Assembly (NCBI RefSeq): GCF_009914755.1
Contig: NC_060930.1
DNA length: 64,000 bases
Reading direction: 5' to 3' (one strand)
DNA from: the human T2T-CHM13v2.0 reference genome, Homo sapiens
Shown here: in pieces, positions 1 through 16,891 of the stretch
Layout of the letters: each line of letters opens with the position of its first letter
How positions within the stretch are numbered: the stretch's first letter is position 1
Made by a program: the position numbers and the translations under genes
Notes under the pieces: generated by a model
What the model saw: the letters and a program-made list of their open reading frames with translations, nothing else
What the model was told of the DNA's origin: nothing
Database searches by the model: none

Positions 1-156
1 ACATAGTTAAAGTCAAGCAATCAGATGCCAGAGACCTTGTTCCTTGAGCTCTATGTTCTACTGCCTCCTGTCCTTATTTGTGCCTTTTTCTCTCTATTCA
101 TGATCAATCATTTTATATGTTTATCAGGGAAAATGACTAAGAAGCAGGGAGTCTTT

Positions 157-1346
157 TTTTTACTATACTTTAAGTTCTGGGGTACATGTGCAGAACGTGC
201 AGGTTTGTTACATAGGTATACACGTGCCATGGTAGTTTGCTGCACCCATCAACCCATCACCTACATTAGGTATTTCTCCTAATACTATCCCTCCCCTGGT
301 CCGCCCAACCCCTGACAGGCCCCAGTGTGTGATGTTCCCCTCCCTGTGTCCATGTATTCTCATTGTTCAGCTCCCACTTATGAGTGAGAACATGTGGTGT
401 TTGGTTTTCTGTTCTTGTGTTAGTTTGCTGAGAATGATGGTTTCCAGCTTTATCCATGTCCCTGCAAAGGACATGAACTCATCCTTTTTATGGTTGCATA
501 GTATTCCATGGTGTATATGTGCCACATCTTCTTTATCCAGTCTATCGTTGATGGGCATTTGGGTTTGTTCCATGTCTTTGCTATTGTGAATAGTGCCGCA
601 ATAAACATGTGTGCATGTGTCTTTATAGTAGAATGATTTATAATCCTTGGGGTATATACCCAGTAATGGGATCGCTGGGTCAAATGGTATTTCTCGTTCT
701 AGATCCTTGAGGAATCGCCACACTGTCTTCCACATGGTTGAACTAATTTACACCCCCACCAACAGTGTAAAAGCAGTCCTATTTCTCCATATCCTCTCCA
801 GCATCTGTGGTGTCCTGACTTTAATGATCACCATTCTAACTGGCGTGAGATGGTATCTCATTGTGGTTTTGATTTGCATTTCTCTAATGACCAGTGATGA
901 TGAGCTTTTTTTCATATGTTCGTTGGCTGCATAAATGTCTTCTTTTGAGAAGTGTCTGTTCATATCCTTTGCACACTTTTTGATGGGGTTTTTTTCTTGT
1001 AAATTTGTTTCAGTTCTTTGTAGATTCTAGATACTAGCCCTTTGTCAAGTGAGTAGGTTGCAAAAATTTTCTCCCATTCTGTAGGTTGCCTGTTCACTGT
1101 GATGATAGTTTCTTTTGCTGTGCAGAAGCTCTTTAGTTTAATTAGATCTCATTTATCAATTTTGGCTTTTGTTGCCGTTGCTTTTGGTGTTTTAGTCATG
1201 AAGTCTTTGCCCATGCCTATGTCCTGAATGGTATTGCCTAGGTTTTCTTCCAGGGTTTTTATGGTTTTAGGTCTTACATTTAAGTCTTTAATCTATCTTG
1301 AATTAATTTTTGTATAAAGTGTAAGGAAGGGGTCCAGTTTCAGTTT
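157..1346 (-). mobile_element. 5'-truncated L1PA (L1PA7-like): ORF2 3' end plus 3' UTR
   Basis: ORF2 C-terminal peptides in the ORF track; 19-bp TSD TAAGAAGCAGGGAGTCTTT at 138-156 and 1347-1365. Confidence 0.93.
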
Positions 1347-2327
1347 TAAGAAGCAGGGAGTCTTTGCAAGCTCAAGGTAGGATCTTTGTCAAACAGGAAA
1401 TATGGTATTATGCAGCAGTGAAACGAGGTCAGTTCTGAGTCCTCAGTCTAGGTTACAGGAACAAAGTTAAGAGTTTGTTCTTATGAGGAATAGAACTGAG
1501 TATGTCTCTAGGTCAAGAAAAACACTGTGGCAAAAATGAGAACATTGAGCAACTAATTCAAAATTTCATATGGAACAGTTTCAATAACCATCGGGTAAAT
1601 GACTTCTTATGGTGAGTGTGCTCAGAAGTGCTCACTAATACTGGTTGATTGAGAGTGATATTTACAATACCAAACAGTCATGTCATTAATAGTATAACAA
1701 CTTTTTCTTACCAGGGGCTTTTTTGAGCCAGTAAAGGAGAGGATCTTCCCTAGGATTTTTGTTTGTTTTTAAGACTAGCAATGTGCTAACTGCATCCCTT
1801 CTACATCCATGAAAGAGAATGCACCCTAGGCTCTCTAGACCAAACTCAGGCATGCTTTACTTGTGGCATGCATTCAAAAGGAGGAGAACATGGTGAAAAT
1901 GTCTTGAACATCATTCTAGTAACCATAGTGATACCAAAGCAAACCTGGATCCTTATCTCATATCTTGTTTATTTTTCAGAAAGAATTTATTTACACATAG
2001 ACCTTTAATTTTGAAAAAGATGCCCCTCTTTGTTATTTGATTGTGTAAGTGATGTTTTGTTGGCCTTGCTTCACAGCAAGTCTCTGTAATACCTCGGTAT
2101 GTTGCCAGTGGCTGTCTCTGTCCTCACAAACAAATGTTCCATACTTGTCTGACCTGGGCAGCCAGGCTATGGGGTCCAAGGAAGGATAGAACACCTGGAA
2201 AGTGACAGCAATGTTTTTGGGGTCAGAACTCTCAAAGTGGAAAAGTTATTCAAGATCCAGCTGCAGAATGAATGAGCACGTTCTCTGCTTTTAAAAAAAA
2301 GTTTTATTTTTTAAAAAGAAGTAATAA

Positions 2328-2500
2328 AGCTGGGCATGGTGGTGCTCTCCTGTAGTCCCAGTTGCTCAGGAGGCTGAGATGGGAGGATTGCTTAAGCCCA
2401 GGAGTTTGAGACTAGCCTAAGCAATACAGTGAGACTCCATCTCTAAAAAAACAAAACAAAACAAAAAACAAAAACAAAAAAAGAAAGAAAGAAAAGAAAA
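2328..2500 (+). mobile_element. FLAM/Alu monomer with compound A-rich tail
   Basis: Monomer sequence; flanking AG(A/G)AGTAATAAA duplication. Confidence 0.85.
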
Positions 2501-3789
2501 AGGAGTAATAAAGAGAGATATTGGTGCCTCACTGCTCTAAAGGGCTTTGAGGAAACAGTTCTAGGCTCTCCACAGAATTTGGAAATGCATCCTGGGGGGG
2601 TGGACTGTGAAAAACATCTGAGACATAAGCTCTATGTGACACTTGGTGGGTACTCATGAACATTCAGGGTTCTTGAGGGCCTGAACTGCTTGTTTTGGTA
2701 GCCTTGCATTTTCAGGGCAACAATCCCTGGCATCGAGTGGACCCTCAAGAAATATTTGTTAGCTGCCAGATGCAACTTTCCGCTGTATTGTCAACACTTT
2801 TTCAAAACACGTCACTGAGGATTTCAGTAACTTCCCAGCAGCTACAAGGAATCTTGGGAACCTTTTCTCTAGGCAGAGCAGGCTATTTAATACCCCATTT
2901 GTAATAGGGTGATTTAAAGATACTTTGAAAGCCAATCTAAGAAAAGACATTTCTCCGATGGTGCCTGAAGTTCGATGCATAGAGGTTTTTCTTTCTGTTA
3001 CCCTCACTAAGTTCTTTGAAAATGCCTACAGAAGGGGTGTTCATATCAGGCCCTTGTGCTTCACGAGAATAAGTTGATCGGGTAAAAATTTTCTCCATAA
3101 GAGAGACCACTATTGGGAGGGGGCAGCTGCCCAGTTAGGAGGGTTAGACTTGTCCTGCACCAATATTGTCAAGCAAGTGGGCTCAAGGGTCCCTCTGGAC
3201 TCTCCTACTTAACCTTCACTATTGGCTTAAATATAGGAGTGACCATCCCCTCTCCAGAAACTGGCCTCAGTCCTGTAGCTTATTTCTTGGGATCAGTGAC
3301 CCACCTCCACTTTCCACCACCTCCAGAGGCTCGAGAGAACCTGTCCCTGTCTAAACAGCCATTATTAAATGTGACTGTATTTTTTTCTCTATAGGAATGA
3401 TGTATTTTCTATTTAAAAAAAAAAAAAAAAACTCCCACAATCTTTGTGTGACTTGCATTTGAGAGCGGCCAAAGGACCTACTTGCAAAGCAGTGCAGAGG
3501 CTGACATTTACTGATAATCTGCCATGCACGAGGCACCCGGCCAGAGGGACGCTTCCTGTTCAAAATGACTGTTAGGCAGATGCTATCATTTCCATGTTAC
3601 TGAGAACAAAGTTGAATCTCTGAGAGAGAAAAAAAGGAACATTCACAGGGTCACAAAGGTGGGTTGAATTCCAGAGACCCTGTTCTCTCTACAGCAAGGA
3701 AAATTACCCATACCCAGGAGAGCAGGGAAATGTCATAAATTCTTTGTATGCCCTCACTGCACTTTGCACAGGGCTTGGAGTCTTTGATG

Positions 3790-4110
3790 GAGAATGCATG
3801 TAACATAACCCACTGAAATTAAGCTTAAACAAAAATGATACTTTGCTGGGAGGGATCCTGGTCACCCCCTAAAATCCGAGGAAAGTTGAACAACCAGGCC
3901 TCAGTACCAAGAGTTCTTGGGTTTTATATCTGTCTAATGCTACACCCGCAACTGGACTAAATAACCTGCATCTCTGTCTCTTAGTCAGAGTTCTCAAGAG
4001 AGAGACCCTAATTGGCTCCTGGTCAGCCAATGAACTTCCTCCTCCTGAGTCAGGTGTTCACTTCTAGTCCAATCAGCTATGACCAAGAGTCAAGCAAAAG
4101 CAAAACTTCC
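3790..4110. mobile_element. Old MaLR LTR fragment (MLT1-like)
   Basis: Degenerate MLT1-type motifs (attggc...gtccaatcagct); by eye only. Confidence 0.4.
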
Positions 4111-4827
4111 GGGGGCTAATTCTGAAGTCTGCCCAATGGTGTCTACTGTACCCAGATATAATTCAATACATGTTTATTGTCTGGTGTTTTTTGTGTTCAT
4201 TCGTTGCAACCAAGTTCTTTAAGAACCTTGGATACATCGTCCTTCATTTAATCATCAGGCGGGGGTTGATAGGCCATAGTGATCAAGAAAAATATGTGAA
4301 ATTTCTATATGCCAGTTATCGCTGTGTTAAAAACCTTCAGAGCAAATTAAGAAAGGAGAAATAAACTATTTGTTCTCAAAAGCTTGGTTTCAAGGGGACC
4401 GAGGAAATGGGAAAAGCATCTGTGGACAAGGCTATTGTGCTTGCTGCTGGAAGACTACCAAGGCCAGTTACTAAACGGGTGGGCAGCAACAAGTAGTTGC
4501 TTTGTTTTTTTTTCCCCCATAGGAAGTTGTTGTCTCTGTTTTGCAAGTTTGTCAAATTTCTTTTGTTTCTGGGGTCAATAACCTAGATACTTGAGACTCT
4601 TTTTTTCCCCTTCCGAGGGTCCTAATTTTGCATTTTACGTAACACCAATCTTGACCAAAAGCTGATTTATTAAGGAGGTTTCTTCTGGGTTAGTTGTTGG
4701 TGCTGGAGGCTGCGTGTACATGACTTAGTCTTCTACTGCCACCATGAGGGAGATGCTGGAATTGCAAGGCTCTTTTAGTTATCAAATGTAAATTTTCATA
4801 AATGAAAGTGAGCACGTTTAAAATTAT

Positions 4828-4862
4828 CTCTATCTATTTATCTATCTATCTGTCTGTCTATC
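4828..4862 (+). repeat. (TCTA)n/(TCTG)n imperfect microsatellite
   Basis: Seen directly. Confidence 0.7.
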
Positions 4863-5543
4863 ATGTTCATATATATATAAAATGGAACAATCCACCTCCT
4901 AAAACATATCCTCTGAAAGGCTTAAAGAGATATATAGTATTGCCAAGTGTGTCTGAGTTAGGTAGGCGAGGGTTTGAGACCTGCCTCTGCCTACCACTAC
5001 AACCGCCCTTACACTAGACATTTAAGTCTTCTAAGCCACAGGTGTAAAAATGGTCTGATAGTACCCATTTCACAGGGCTTGGTATTGAAAAAATGACATA
5101 GCCTGTGTCAATCTCTAGCATTTGGTAAGTACTCAATAAATGATTACCATTGCTATCACCTGAAATTGACCACGGCTGAAAGTATTAGAAAAGCTTTCTG
5201 CAGGGAGAAAGAGGGGTGAGGGTGGAGGGTACCAGTAACCCCGTGAAAACAAACACCAGTGCACAACTGGAGTGGATGCTCAATAAACATATGAAAGGTT
5301 CAGGGGAAAGGGGTAAAGTCACCAGGGATGGCTCTAACAGCCAAAAGAGGGATGGAAAACACTCTTTTAAGCTGACCATTTTAGAGTCAAAGAACCAAAA
5401 ATATAGAATGTTCGTGTGGTAAGGATTCTAGATATGTACTCCAGCTTTTTTTTTTTTTCAAGTGGGGCAACCGAGTGATTGAATCACTCTTCAAGTTAAA
5501 ATGTTAATCAGCAGTAAAGTGGGACTAGAACCCAAGACTTTTG

Positions 5544-5864
5544 TTTTCTTTTCTTTTCTTTCTTTCTTTTTTTTTTTTTTGAGACAGGATCTAACTCTAT
5601 TGCCCGGGCTGGAGTGCGATGACACATTTGTAGCTCACTGTAACCTTGAAGCCCTGGGTTCAAACAATCCTTCCGCCTCAGCCTCCTGAGTAGCTGGGAC
5701 TACACTCACACACCACTATGCCCAGCTAATTTTTATTTTTTTGGGCAGAGACAGGAATCTCACTATATTGCCCAAGCTGGTCTGAAACTTCTGGCTTCAA
5801 GTGATCCTCCCGCCTTGGTCTCCTAAGGTGCTGGGATTACAGGCATGAGCCACTGTGCCCACCC
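5544..5864 (-). mobile_element. AluJ
   Basis: Dimer with T-rich tail; TSD CAAGACTTTTG at 5533-5543 and 5868-5878. Confidence 0.9.
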
Positions 5865-6281
5865 CCTCAAGACTTTTGACAAATAATCCAGAGCTCTTTA
5901 TATATAAGCACCAAAATATCAGTCAAGATTAGCCAAATCAGGATTGTCTTGGATTGAAAAAAAAAATGGGCAAGTTGCTTAACCTGATTATGCTTTAGTT
6001 TCATTACTGGCAAAATGGCAATCATAATATCCTACTGCAGGGGTTCTAGTAAAGACTGAGATGCCACATGGAAAGCATTTAGATTTGTGCAATAAATGTC
6101 CACTGGTATGATTATATGAGTACAGACTTCATCTGGTACAATTACACCGTCTCCTGAATGTGATCAACAAAACTTTGCCATCTCTAAAACCACTGGCTTC
6201 CTAACCCTGCCTCCATGATAAACTCTTTAATGGTGGGAACATTTGTACCTCTTTATACGTTCTCGTGCCTGTATAATTACC

Positions 6282-7350
6282 TTTTTAAAATTAAACTTTT
6301 AATTTTGAGGTAATTCTAGGTTTATATACAGTTATAAGAAATAATACAGAATGATCCCATGTACTCTTCACCCAATTTTTTTCCAGTGGAAACAGTTTGA
6401 AGAACTGTAGTACAGTATCACAACCAAGATATTGGCATTGACAAGATCGACCCATCTTATTCAGTTTCTCCTGTTTTACTTGTATGCATTTGTGTGTGTG
6501 TGTGTGTATTTAGTTCTATACAATTTTATCACCATTGTAGGTTCATGTTTCCACTTGACAGTCAAGACACCAAACAGTTCTATCTTTCATGAGGATCCCT
6601 TGAACTGGCCTTTTATAACCACACCAACCTCTCTCCTGTATCCCCCTGCCCCATCCTGAAACTCTAGCAACCAATTTGTATTGGGCTTTTTTTTTTCTTG
6701 ATTATAATTCACTGGAGACTCATCCAGATTGCTGCCGATATCACTAGTTTATTCCCTTTTGTTGCTGAGTAGTATTCGATGAGATAGGTGAGTAGTATTA
6801 GATGAGATAGATGTACTGCAATTTGCTCAGCCATTCACTTCTTGAAGGACATCTGGGTTGTTTCCTGTGTTGGGCTAGTAGGAATAAAGCTGTTGTGAAC
6901 ATTTGTATACAGCTTTTGTGTAAATATAAGCTTTCATTTCTCTGGGATAAATGCCTAAGAGTGCAACTGCTGGGTCGAATGGTAATCACACATTTAGTTT
7001 TATAAGAAATTGCCTAACTGTTTCTTAGAGTGGCTGTACTATTTTATATCCCCACCAGCAACACACGAGTAATCAGGTGTCCTGTGTCCTTCCCAGCATT
7101 TGGTATTATCACTAGTTTTTTATTTTAACTCTTTAAATAGGCAAGTAGTAATACTCATTGTGGTTTTAATTTGCATTTCCCTAGTGGCTAATGATGTCAA
7201 ACATCTTTTCACGTGCTTATTTGCCATCTGCCTCACCTCTTTGGTGAAATAGTTCTTTTATGACTTTTGCCCGTTTTATGATTAGATTGTTTGCTTTTCT
7301 CTGTTGAGTTTTGAGAGTTCTTCCCATATTTTAGATATAAAGCCTTGACA
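6282..7350 (-). mobile_element. Old L1M (L1MB/MC-like) 3' end
   Basis: Degenerate ORF2 C-terminus and 3' UTR motifs (ttgcatttccct...aacatcttttc). Confidence 0.75.
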
Positions 7351-7398
7351 TATTTTACTTTTAAAGTACACATCAACACTGGATTGTGAGCAGCATAA

Positions 7399-10843
<3,445 letters not shown>

Positions 10844-11016
10844 TGTGGTAGTAAAATATATGACAACAGTAGCGCAGAGAATGGGAGGTGGTGGGTGAAC
10901 GTGTACTCCTCTATGGTGTTTCCTTGTATATGAACTGATTTAGTGTTAGTCTATGCTTAATTGTAGTAAGTTAGAGATGAATATTATAATCATTTAAAAA
11001 TATGCAAAGAGATACC

Positions 11017-11873
11017 TTATTTATTTATTTATTTATTATACTTTAAGTTCTGGAATACATGTGCAGAACGTGCAGGTTTGTTACATAGGTATACACGTGC
11101 CATGGTGGTTTGCTGCACCCATCAACCCATCACCTACATTAGGTATTTCTCCTAATGCTATCCCTCCCCTAGCCCACCCACCCCCTGACAGGCCCCAGTG
11201 TGTGATGTTCCCCTCCCTGTGTCCATGTATTCTCACTGTTCAACTCCCATTTATGAGTGAGAACATGTGGTGTTTCGTTTTCTGTTCTTGTGTTAGTTTG
11301 CTGAGAATGGTGGTTTCCAGCTTCATCCATGTCCCTGCAAAGGACATGAACTCATCCTTTTTTATGGCTGCATAGTATTCCATGGTGTATATGTGCCACA
11401 TTTCCTTTATCCAGTCTACCACTGATGGGCATTTGGGTTGGTTCCAAGTCTTTGCTATTGTGAATAGTGCTGCAGTAAACATACGTGTGCATGAGTCTTT
11501 ATAGTAGAATGATTTACGATCCTTTGGGTATATATCTAGTAATGGGATCACTGCGTCAAATGGTATTTCTGGTTCTAGATCCTTGAGGAATCACCACACT
11601 GTGTTCCACAATGGTTGAACTAATTTGCACTCCCACCAACAGTGTAAAAGCATTCCTATTTCTCCACATCCTCTCCAGCATCTGTTGTTTCCTGACTTTT
11701 TAATGATCACCATTTTAACTGGTGTGAGATGCTATCTCATTTTGGTTTTGACTTGCATTTCTCTATTGACCAGTAATGATGAGCTTTTTCCCCATGTTTT
11801 TTGGCCCCATAAATGTCTTCTTTTGAGAAGTGTCTCTTCATATCCTTTGCACAGTTTTTGATGGGGTTGTTTG
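11017..11873 (-). mobile_element. 5'-truncated L1PA (L1PA7-like) with (TAAA)n tail
   Basis: Highly similar to the element at 157-1346. Confidence 0.92.
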
Positions 11874-11879
11874 GAGAAA

Positions 11880-12870
11880 TCATTTTTAAATACAAGATAT
11901 TATTAAGTTAATAGAGGACATAAAATAGGATACCAAAAGATGACAGGAAAAGTGCATTAAAGGAAAGAGAACATTAGAAACAAATAGGAAACTAACAAGA
12001 TGGTAGACTTAAACTCAACCATATCAATTATTACAGTAAATGTTAATGAACTAAGCACTTCCATTAAAAAGGATAAAAAAAGAAAGACCCAACTAGAAGC
12101 TGTTTAAAGGGAAACACTTTAATTCTAAAATCATAGCTAGGTTGCAAGTAAAAAGATAGAAAATATTTATTATGTAAGCACTAATTGTAAGAAAGTTGAC
12201 ATGGAGTATTAATATCAGACAAAGTAAAGTTCAAAACAAGAGTATTCCTAGAGATTAAAAAGGGATACTTTATTATGATAGAAGGATCAATTCATCAAGA
12301 AGACATACAATTCCTAAGTGTGAAGATACCTAACAGAGCTTCATAGTGTATGAGGCAAAAACTGACAAAACTATAGAGAAACAGACAAATCCACAATCAA
12401 ATTTTGGGATTTTAACATTCCACTCTCAGTAATTGAAAAAAAAGTAGGCAAAGAAAAGCAGCAAGGATACAGATGATTTGAAGAACATTATCAAAAATTC
12501 AACTACTAAAGAAAACTACACACTATACACACCAATTATATATTATTCTGAAGTGTACATGGAATATTCATCAAGAAAGACTGTACCCTGGGCTATTAAA
12601 AGGTCAAACATTCAACACATTGAAATAACAGAATATTCTATGATCAAAATGAAACTATACTAGACATCAATAATAAAAAAGACATCTAGAAAATTCCCAA
12701 AGGTTTTGAAATGAAGCCACATTCTACTAAGTAACCCATGGCCAAAGAAGAAATCACAAGGGATAGTAGAAAACACGTACGAAGAACAACAATGAAAGTA
12801 CAATATAACCGAACGACCAAGATGCAGCTAAAACAGTAATAAATGTGAAATCCACAGTTTTAGCTACTTA
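11880..12870 (+). mobile_element. Old L1M ORF2 endonuclease region (host of the two L1PA insertions)
   Basis: Degenerate NVNGL/GDFN/WDAAK-like coding remnants; A-rich. Confidence 0.7.
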
Positions 12871-13259
12871 TTTGGAGCACAAGCATATTTCTATTTTAAA
12901 ATGAGAATGGAAAAATATATTTCGATGTGGAATTTCGTTTTATAGCAAATGCGCTCTGAATGTCTCTGTGAATTGAGGAATATTTGTACACCAAATGAAA
13001 TAAAAAGGCACCTACTGAAAAGATCGCTAGAGGGCACTATTATCAAACTTCCAGAGGAAACAGTTTTTAGTGTGGATAACTTAAGAAATGTTGTTAGCTC
13101 TAAAACTGACTCAAGATGGCATTGAAATTTTATTCCTCTGTTTTATAGATGAGACAGTTGAGGTCCAAAGAAAGGAAATGACTTGCTTAATATCATACAA
13201 ACACTAGTTGTAGAGTCAGAACTAGAACCCCAGTCTCCTGACTCATTAGAGAATCACAT

Positions 13260-13630
13260 CATGATTCTGCACAAACTCAGACAGACCCAGACTTTCCTAT
13301 ACACTTGTGGCAAATGAGAGGCTCTTTTCCACTGGGGTTGCCCAGCTACTGTAATGCATGCCTGGCGTTGCTGGAGCTGCTGGATAGGGCTGGGCACTGG
13401 GGGAGTGTGCTCTATGGAGAAAGCCTGCCTGAGAGTGAAACCGTTATAGTGGAAGGTGTAAGCCAGGAATCGGGAGACGGGACTTGAGAGCATTTGAGCC
13501 AATAACCTGTGCCTGAAGCTAGTGCCACCTCTTGGACGTTTCTGTGATATTAGCTGGTAGGTTTTCTTTTTTTCTAAAGCTGGTGGGTGTGGGGGTTTTC
13601 TGTCACTTGCATCCAAAATTTCTGAATATG
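13260..13630 (+). mobile_element. Old ERVL/MaLR LTR fragment
   Basis: Typical LTR end ttttctgtcacttgca; by eye only. Confidence 0.4.
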
Positions 13631-14333
13631 CCAAGCGTCTCTACTTTGCAGAAAGACCAATAGTATTCAAAACACATGGCTTTATTTTGGACAAAGCCAA
13701 AAAAGGTTCTGGGAAACTCACCAGGACTGTTTGAGAGGTGATAAAAACATATGAAGAGCTTCTCATGTTTCATTTTCTAGAAATTTTAGATCCTAAGTCA
13801 TCAGTATGATTGTTTTTCTCTGCTGACTTCATTGCATTCTTGGAAGGCTAAATTATTTCAAAGGAGACTATTAAGAAAATGTGTGTTATATACTGGTAGA
13901 AAGTAGATGCAGGTTGTGTCGTCTTTAATATAATAGTGTTGTCACACTCTCCAGGGGCAGAGTAGGGAGCAAACATGGCTTGCCTGAACAGTTTATGTCC
14001 TTTGCTTTTATGTACATTGCCTTATTTCCACCACATAGCAAATCGGCGAAGTGTTCTCATGTCTATTTCACAGATGATATATAGACAAAGTCTAAAGTCA
14101 CCCAGCTAGTATGTATAAATATTAAGATTGGAACTCAGTTCTATACTTTTGCTTTTATGCTAGAAGTACTTGTATCCTGTCCCAACACAATGCTGATAAA
14201 CTTCCTAGGAACTTCAGAATGAATCACTTTTGATTGAGATGTTGGCTTTTAAACTGCTTTCATTTGCCATGATGAAAGTGTAATGTATTAAAAGGGCATA
14301 AAAATGCAGTTTTTCAACACATTCGCCACGCTA

Positions 14334-14691
14334 TGATACAGTTTGGCTGTGTCTTCACCCAAATCTCATCTTGAATTGTAGCTCCCATAATTCCCACGTA
14401 TTGTGGGTGGGACCTGGTGGGAGATAATTGAATCATGGGGGGCGGTTTCCCCCATACTGTTCTCATGTTAGTAAGTCTCACGAGATCTAATGATTTTATA
14501 AGGGGTTTCCCCTTTGGCTTGATTCTCATTCTCTTCGCCTGCTGCCATGAATGACGTGCCTTTTGCCTTCTGCCATGATTGTGAAGTCTCCCCAGCTGCG
14601 TGGAACTGTGAGTCCATTAAACCCCTTTTTCTTTATAAATTACCCAGTCTCAGGTATGTCTTTATCAGCAGTGTGAAAACGGACTAATACA
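14334..14691 (+). mobile_element. THE1 (THE1B/C-like) solo LTR
   Basis: TGATA..GTTTGGCTGTGTC start and GGACTAATACA end; typical THE1 internal sequence. Confidence 0.92.
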
Positions 14692-14936
14692 CTAGTTTTT
14701 GCTCAGAAAAGTTTCTTTTCTCCTTCCTCCTTTCTGAACCAGTTTAACCCACATTTTGCTTCTGTTTGAGGCATAACAAACCCAAAATGTGTAAACTGCC
14801 CTCATCTTAAGTGTACAGCCAGTCATTTTTAAACATCTTGATATCCATGAATCGTCACCCAGATTGAGATATAAAACATGTCTAGCAACCTAGAAGTTTG
14901 TCTCTTTGGTACTTGTTCATTTCCATCCAGAGGTAA

Positions 14937-15110
14937 CAGGCTGGAGTCCAGTGGCATGATCACAGCTCAATGCAGCCTCGATTTCCTGGGCTCAAGTGAT
15001 CCTCCCACCTCAGTCTCCTGAGTAGCTAGGACTGCAGGTGCACACCACCACATCCAGCTAATTTTGTTTTGTAAACATGGGGGTCTCATTATGTTGCCCA
15101 GGCTGCACCC
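14937..15110 (-). mobile_element. AluJ fragment
   Basis: Partial Alu right arm and linker. Confidence 0.8.
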
Positions 15111-15325
15111 AGCTCACGGTTCTCTTTAATGCATCTTCCATACTTAGATTTGTAATGTTTCATTTTATAGAATATTGAGAATGAAAAGGGGCTTGCTTTA
15201 GGGATTATCTAGCTTATCTCAGCCTCTGCTTACCAGGAAAACACAATAGTGAGGAATATATGTTTCCCAGCCAAGGTTGCCCACCAAGGCCTCTTCACTT
15301 ACAGTAGTCCTTACCCATTCCCTTC

Positions 15326-15662
15326 TGTTATGGACTGAATGTCTCCCCCAGATCCCTGTGTTGAAGCCTAACCCCTAGTATGAGGGTATTTGGAGTTGGG
15401 GCCATTGGGAGGTAATTAGGTCATGAGGGTGGAACCCTCATGAATGGGATTAGTGTCCTTAGATAAGGAGAGATACAAGAGAAATGATCTCTCCAACACA
15501 TGGGACGCAGCAAGACAACCATCTGCAAACCATGAAGAGCGCTCACCAGGAGCTGAATCCGCCAGTGCCTTGCTCTTGCACTTCCAGCCTCCCTAACAGT
15601 AACAAATGTCAGTTGTGTAAGTCACTCAGTCTGTGGTAGTTATAGCAGCCTGAACTGAAACA
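15326..15662 (+). mobile_element. MLT1A/MST-like solo LTR
   Basis: TGTTATGGACTGAAT start, ...CA end, 5-bp TSD (C/T)CTTC. Confidence 0.85.
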
Positions 15663-16594
15663 TCTTCTTACACTTCCATAAGTATCACTTGGCATGTACT
15701 TCCAGAATTGTTTATAGGAAATGTTAAATATTTATACGAAAGCATAATGGAGAGAAGAAAGCAGCTGATAGAACTCAGTGGCTTATCTTCAGGGAAAGCA
15801 GGGGAGGCTTAACCCAAACAAAAAGCTCATTAGCAGGGCCTCTGAAAATCATGCAACTGAGCAGCTTATTTACAGTTCTGAGAAGGACCCCCTCATCTAG
15901 CCAAGCTCTGAAAGGCCCTGGCACCACAGGTCCCCCTCCCCCTGGCCTCTTTCCCCCATGTCAAGCACTACAATGGCTTGAAGGACACTTATTTCCACAT
16001 TTTCTCTTCACGAGACTTCAGGTCCCCAAGAAACCTTCCAACTCCTCAGAATATGGCCTAACCCACAACACATCCTGGATTTCTACGTCTCCTAATTTTT
16101 GTTTTGGGTGGTGATTTGGAAGGAGACATCCAAGGCAATGGATTTTCCCTCAATTTCTGAACTGAAGGCTCACAGACAGCCTCAGAGATGAGCTGAGCAG
16201 CAGAGGCATCCTGGGACCAGGAGGAAACCTCTTATTCACACAGGGGACTAGATGAGCAGAAAACTAGTCTTTAGGTTAGCAGCAGGTTAAGTAACAATCA
16301 GTTGTATCCCAAGTTAGGATCTGAAGGTCTGGGCTTGGCCACAGGTATTTCTACCAAGGAGAAAGCACTTTTTGCTTGTTTTAAGATTTACAGTTCTGTT
16401 CCTAAAATCCCAAATTCTTAGCTGTGTTCAGATGGTAAAGCTCATGAGAGCTGTGAGGCTTACATTCTCTGTCCTGGAGAAAGAAGACCACTATCTGGTC
16501 TTTAATAAGAGAAAATGTAGACATATCACATTAGACTTAAAAGCAAGTGTTATTTGAGACTTGATATTGATGTGTCCATAACTCAGGTAGAGAA

Positions 16595-16747
16595 AGTCCT
16601 TATTATTCATGGGGCCAGCAAATCCACAGCATCAGCATCACCTGGGAGCTTGTTAAGAAATGTGGGCCCCACCCCAGACTTACCAAGCCAGAATGACACC
16701 CCAAAGAGATTTGTATGTAGACTACAGTTTGATAAGCACTGCCCTAG
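16595..16747. mobile_element. MER5A-like hAT-Charlie MITE
   Basis: cagcatcagcatcacctgggagcttgttaagaaatg ... gtttgataagcactg. Confidence 0.75.
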
Positions 16748-16880
16748 GAACATTCAAATAAAGAAATTAGAGCTCTGAGAAAAGTGTGTTTCTCAGATGA
16801 ACATTATTTCACGAACTCTGTGTGTGTGTGGGTGAATACTGATCCAAAGACAGGAGTCGAAAACAGCTCTCTGCAGGACT

Positions 16881-16891
16881 TGCTGACTCAC
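16881..16891 (-). promoter_or_regulatory. NRF2/NF-E2-sMaf element (ARE/MARE) GTGAGTCAGCA
   Basis: Exact match to TGCTGA(C/G)TCA(C/T); function not demonstrated. Confidence 0.55.
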
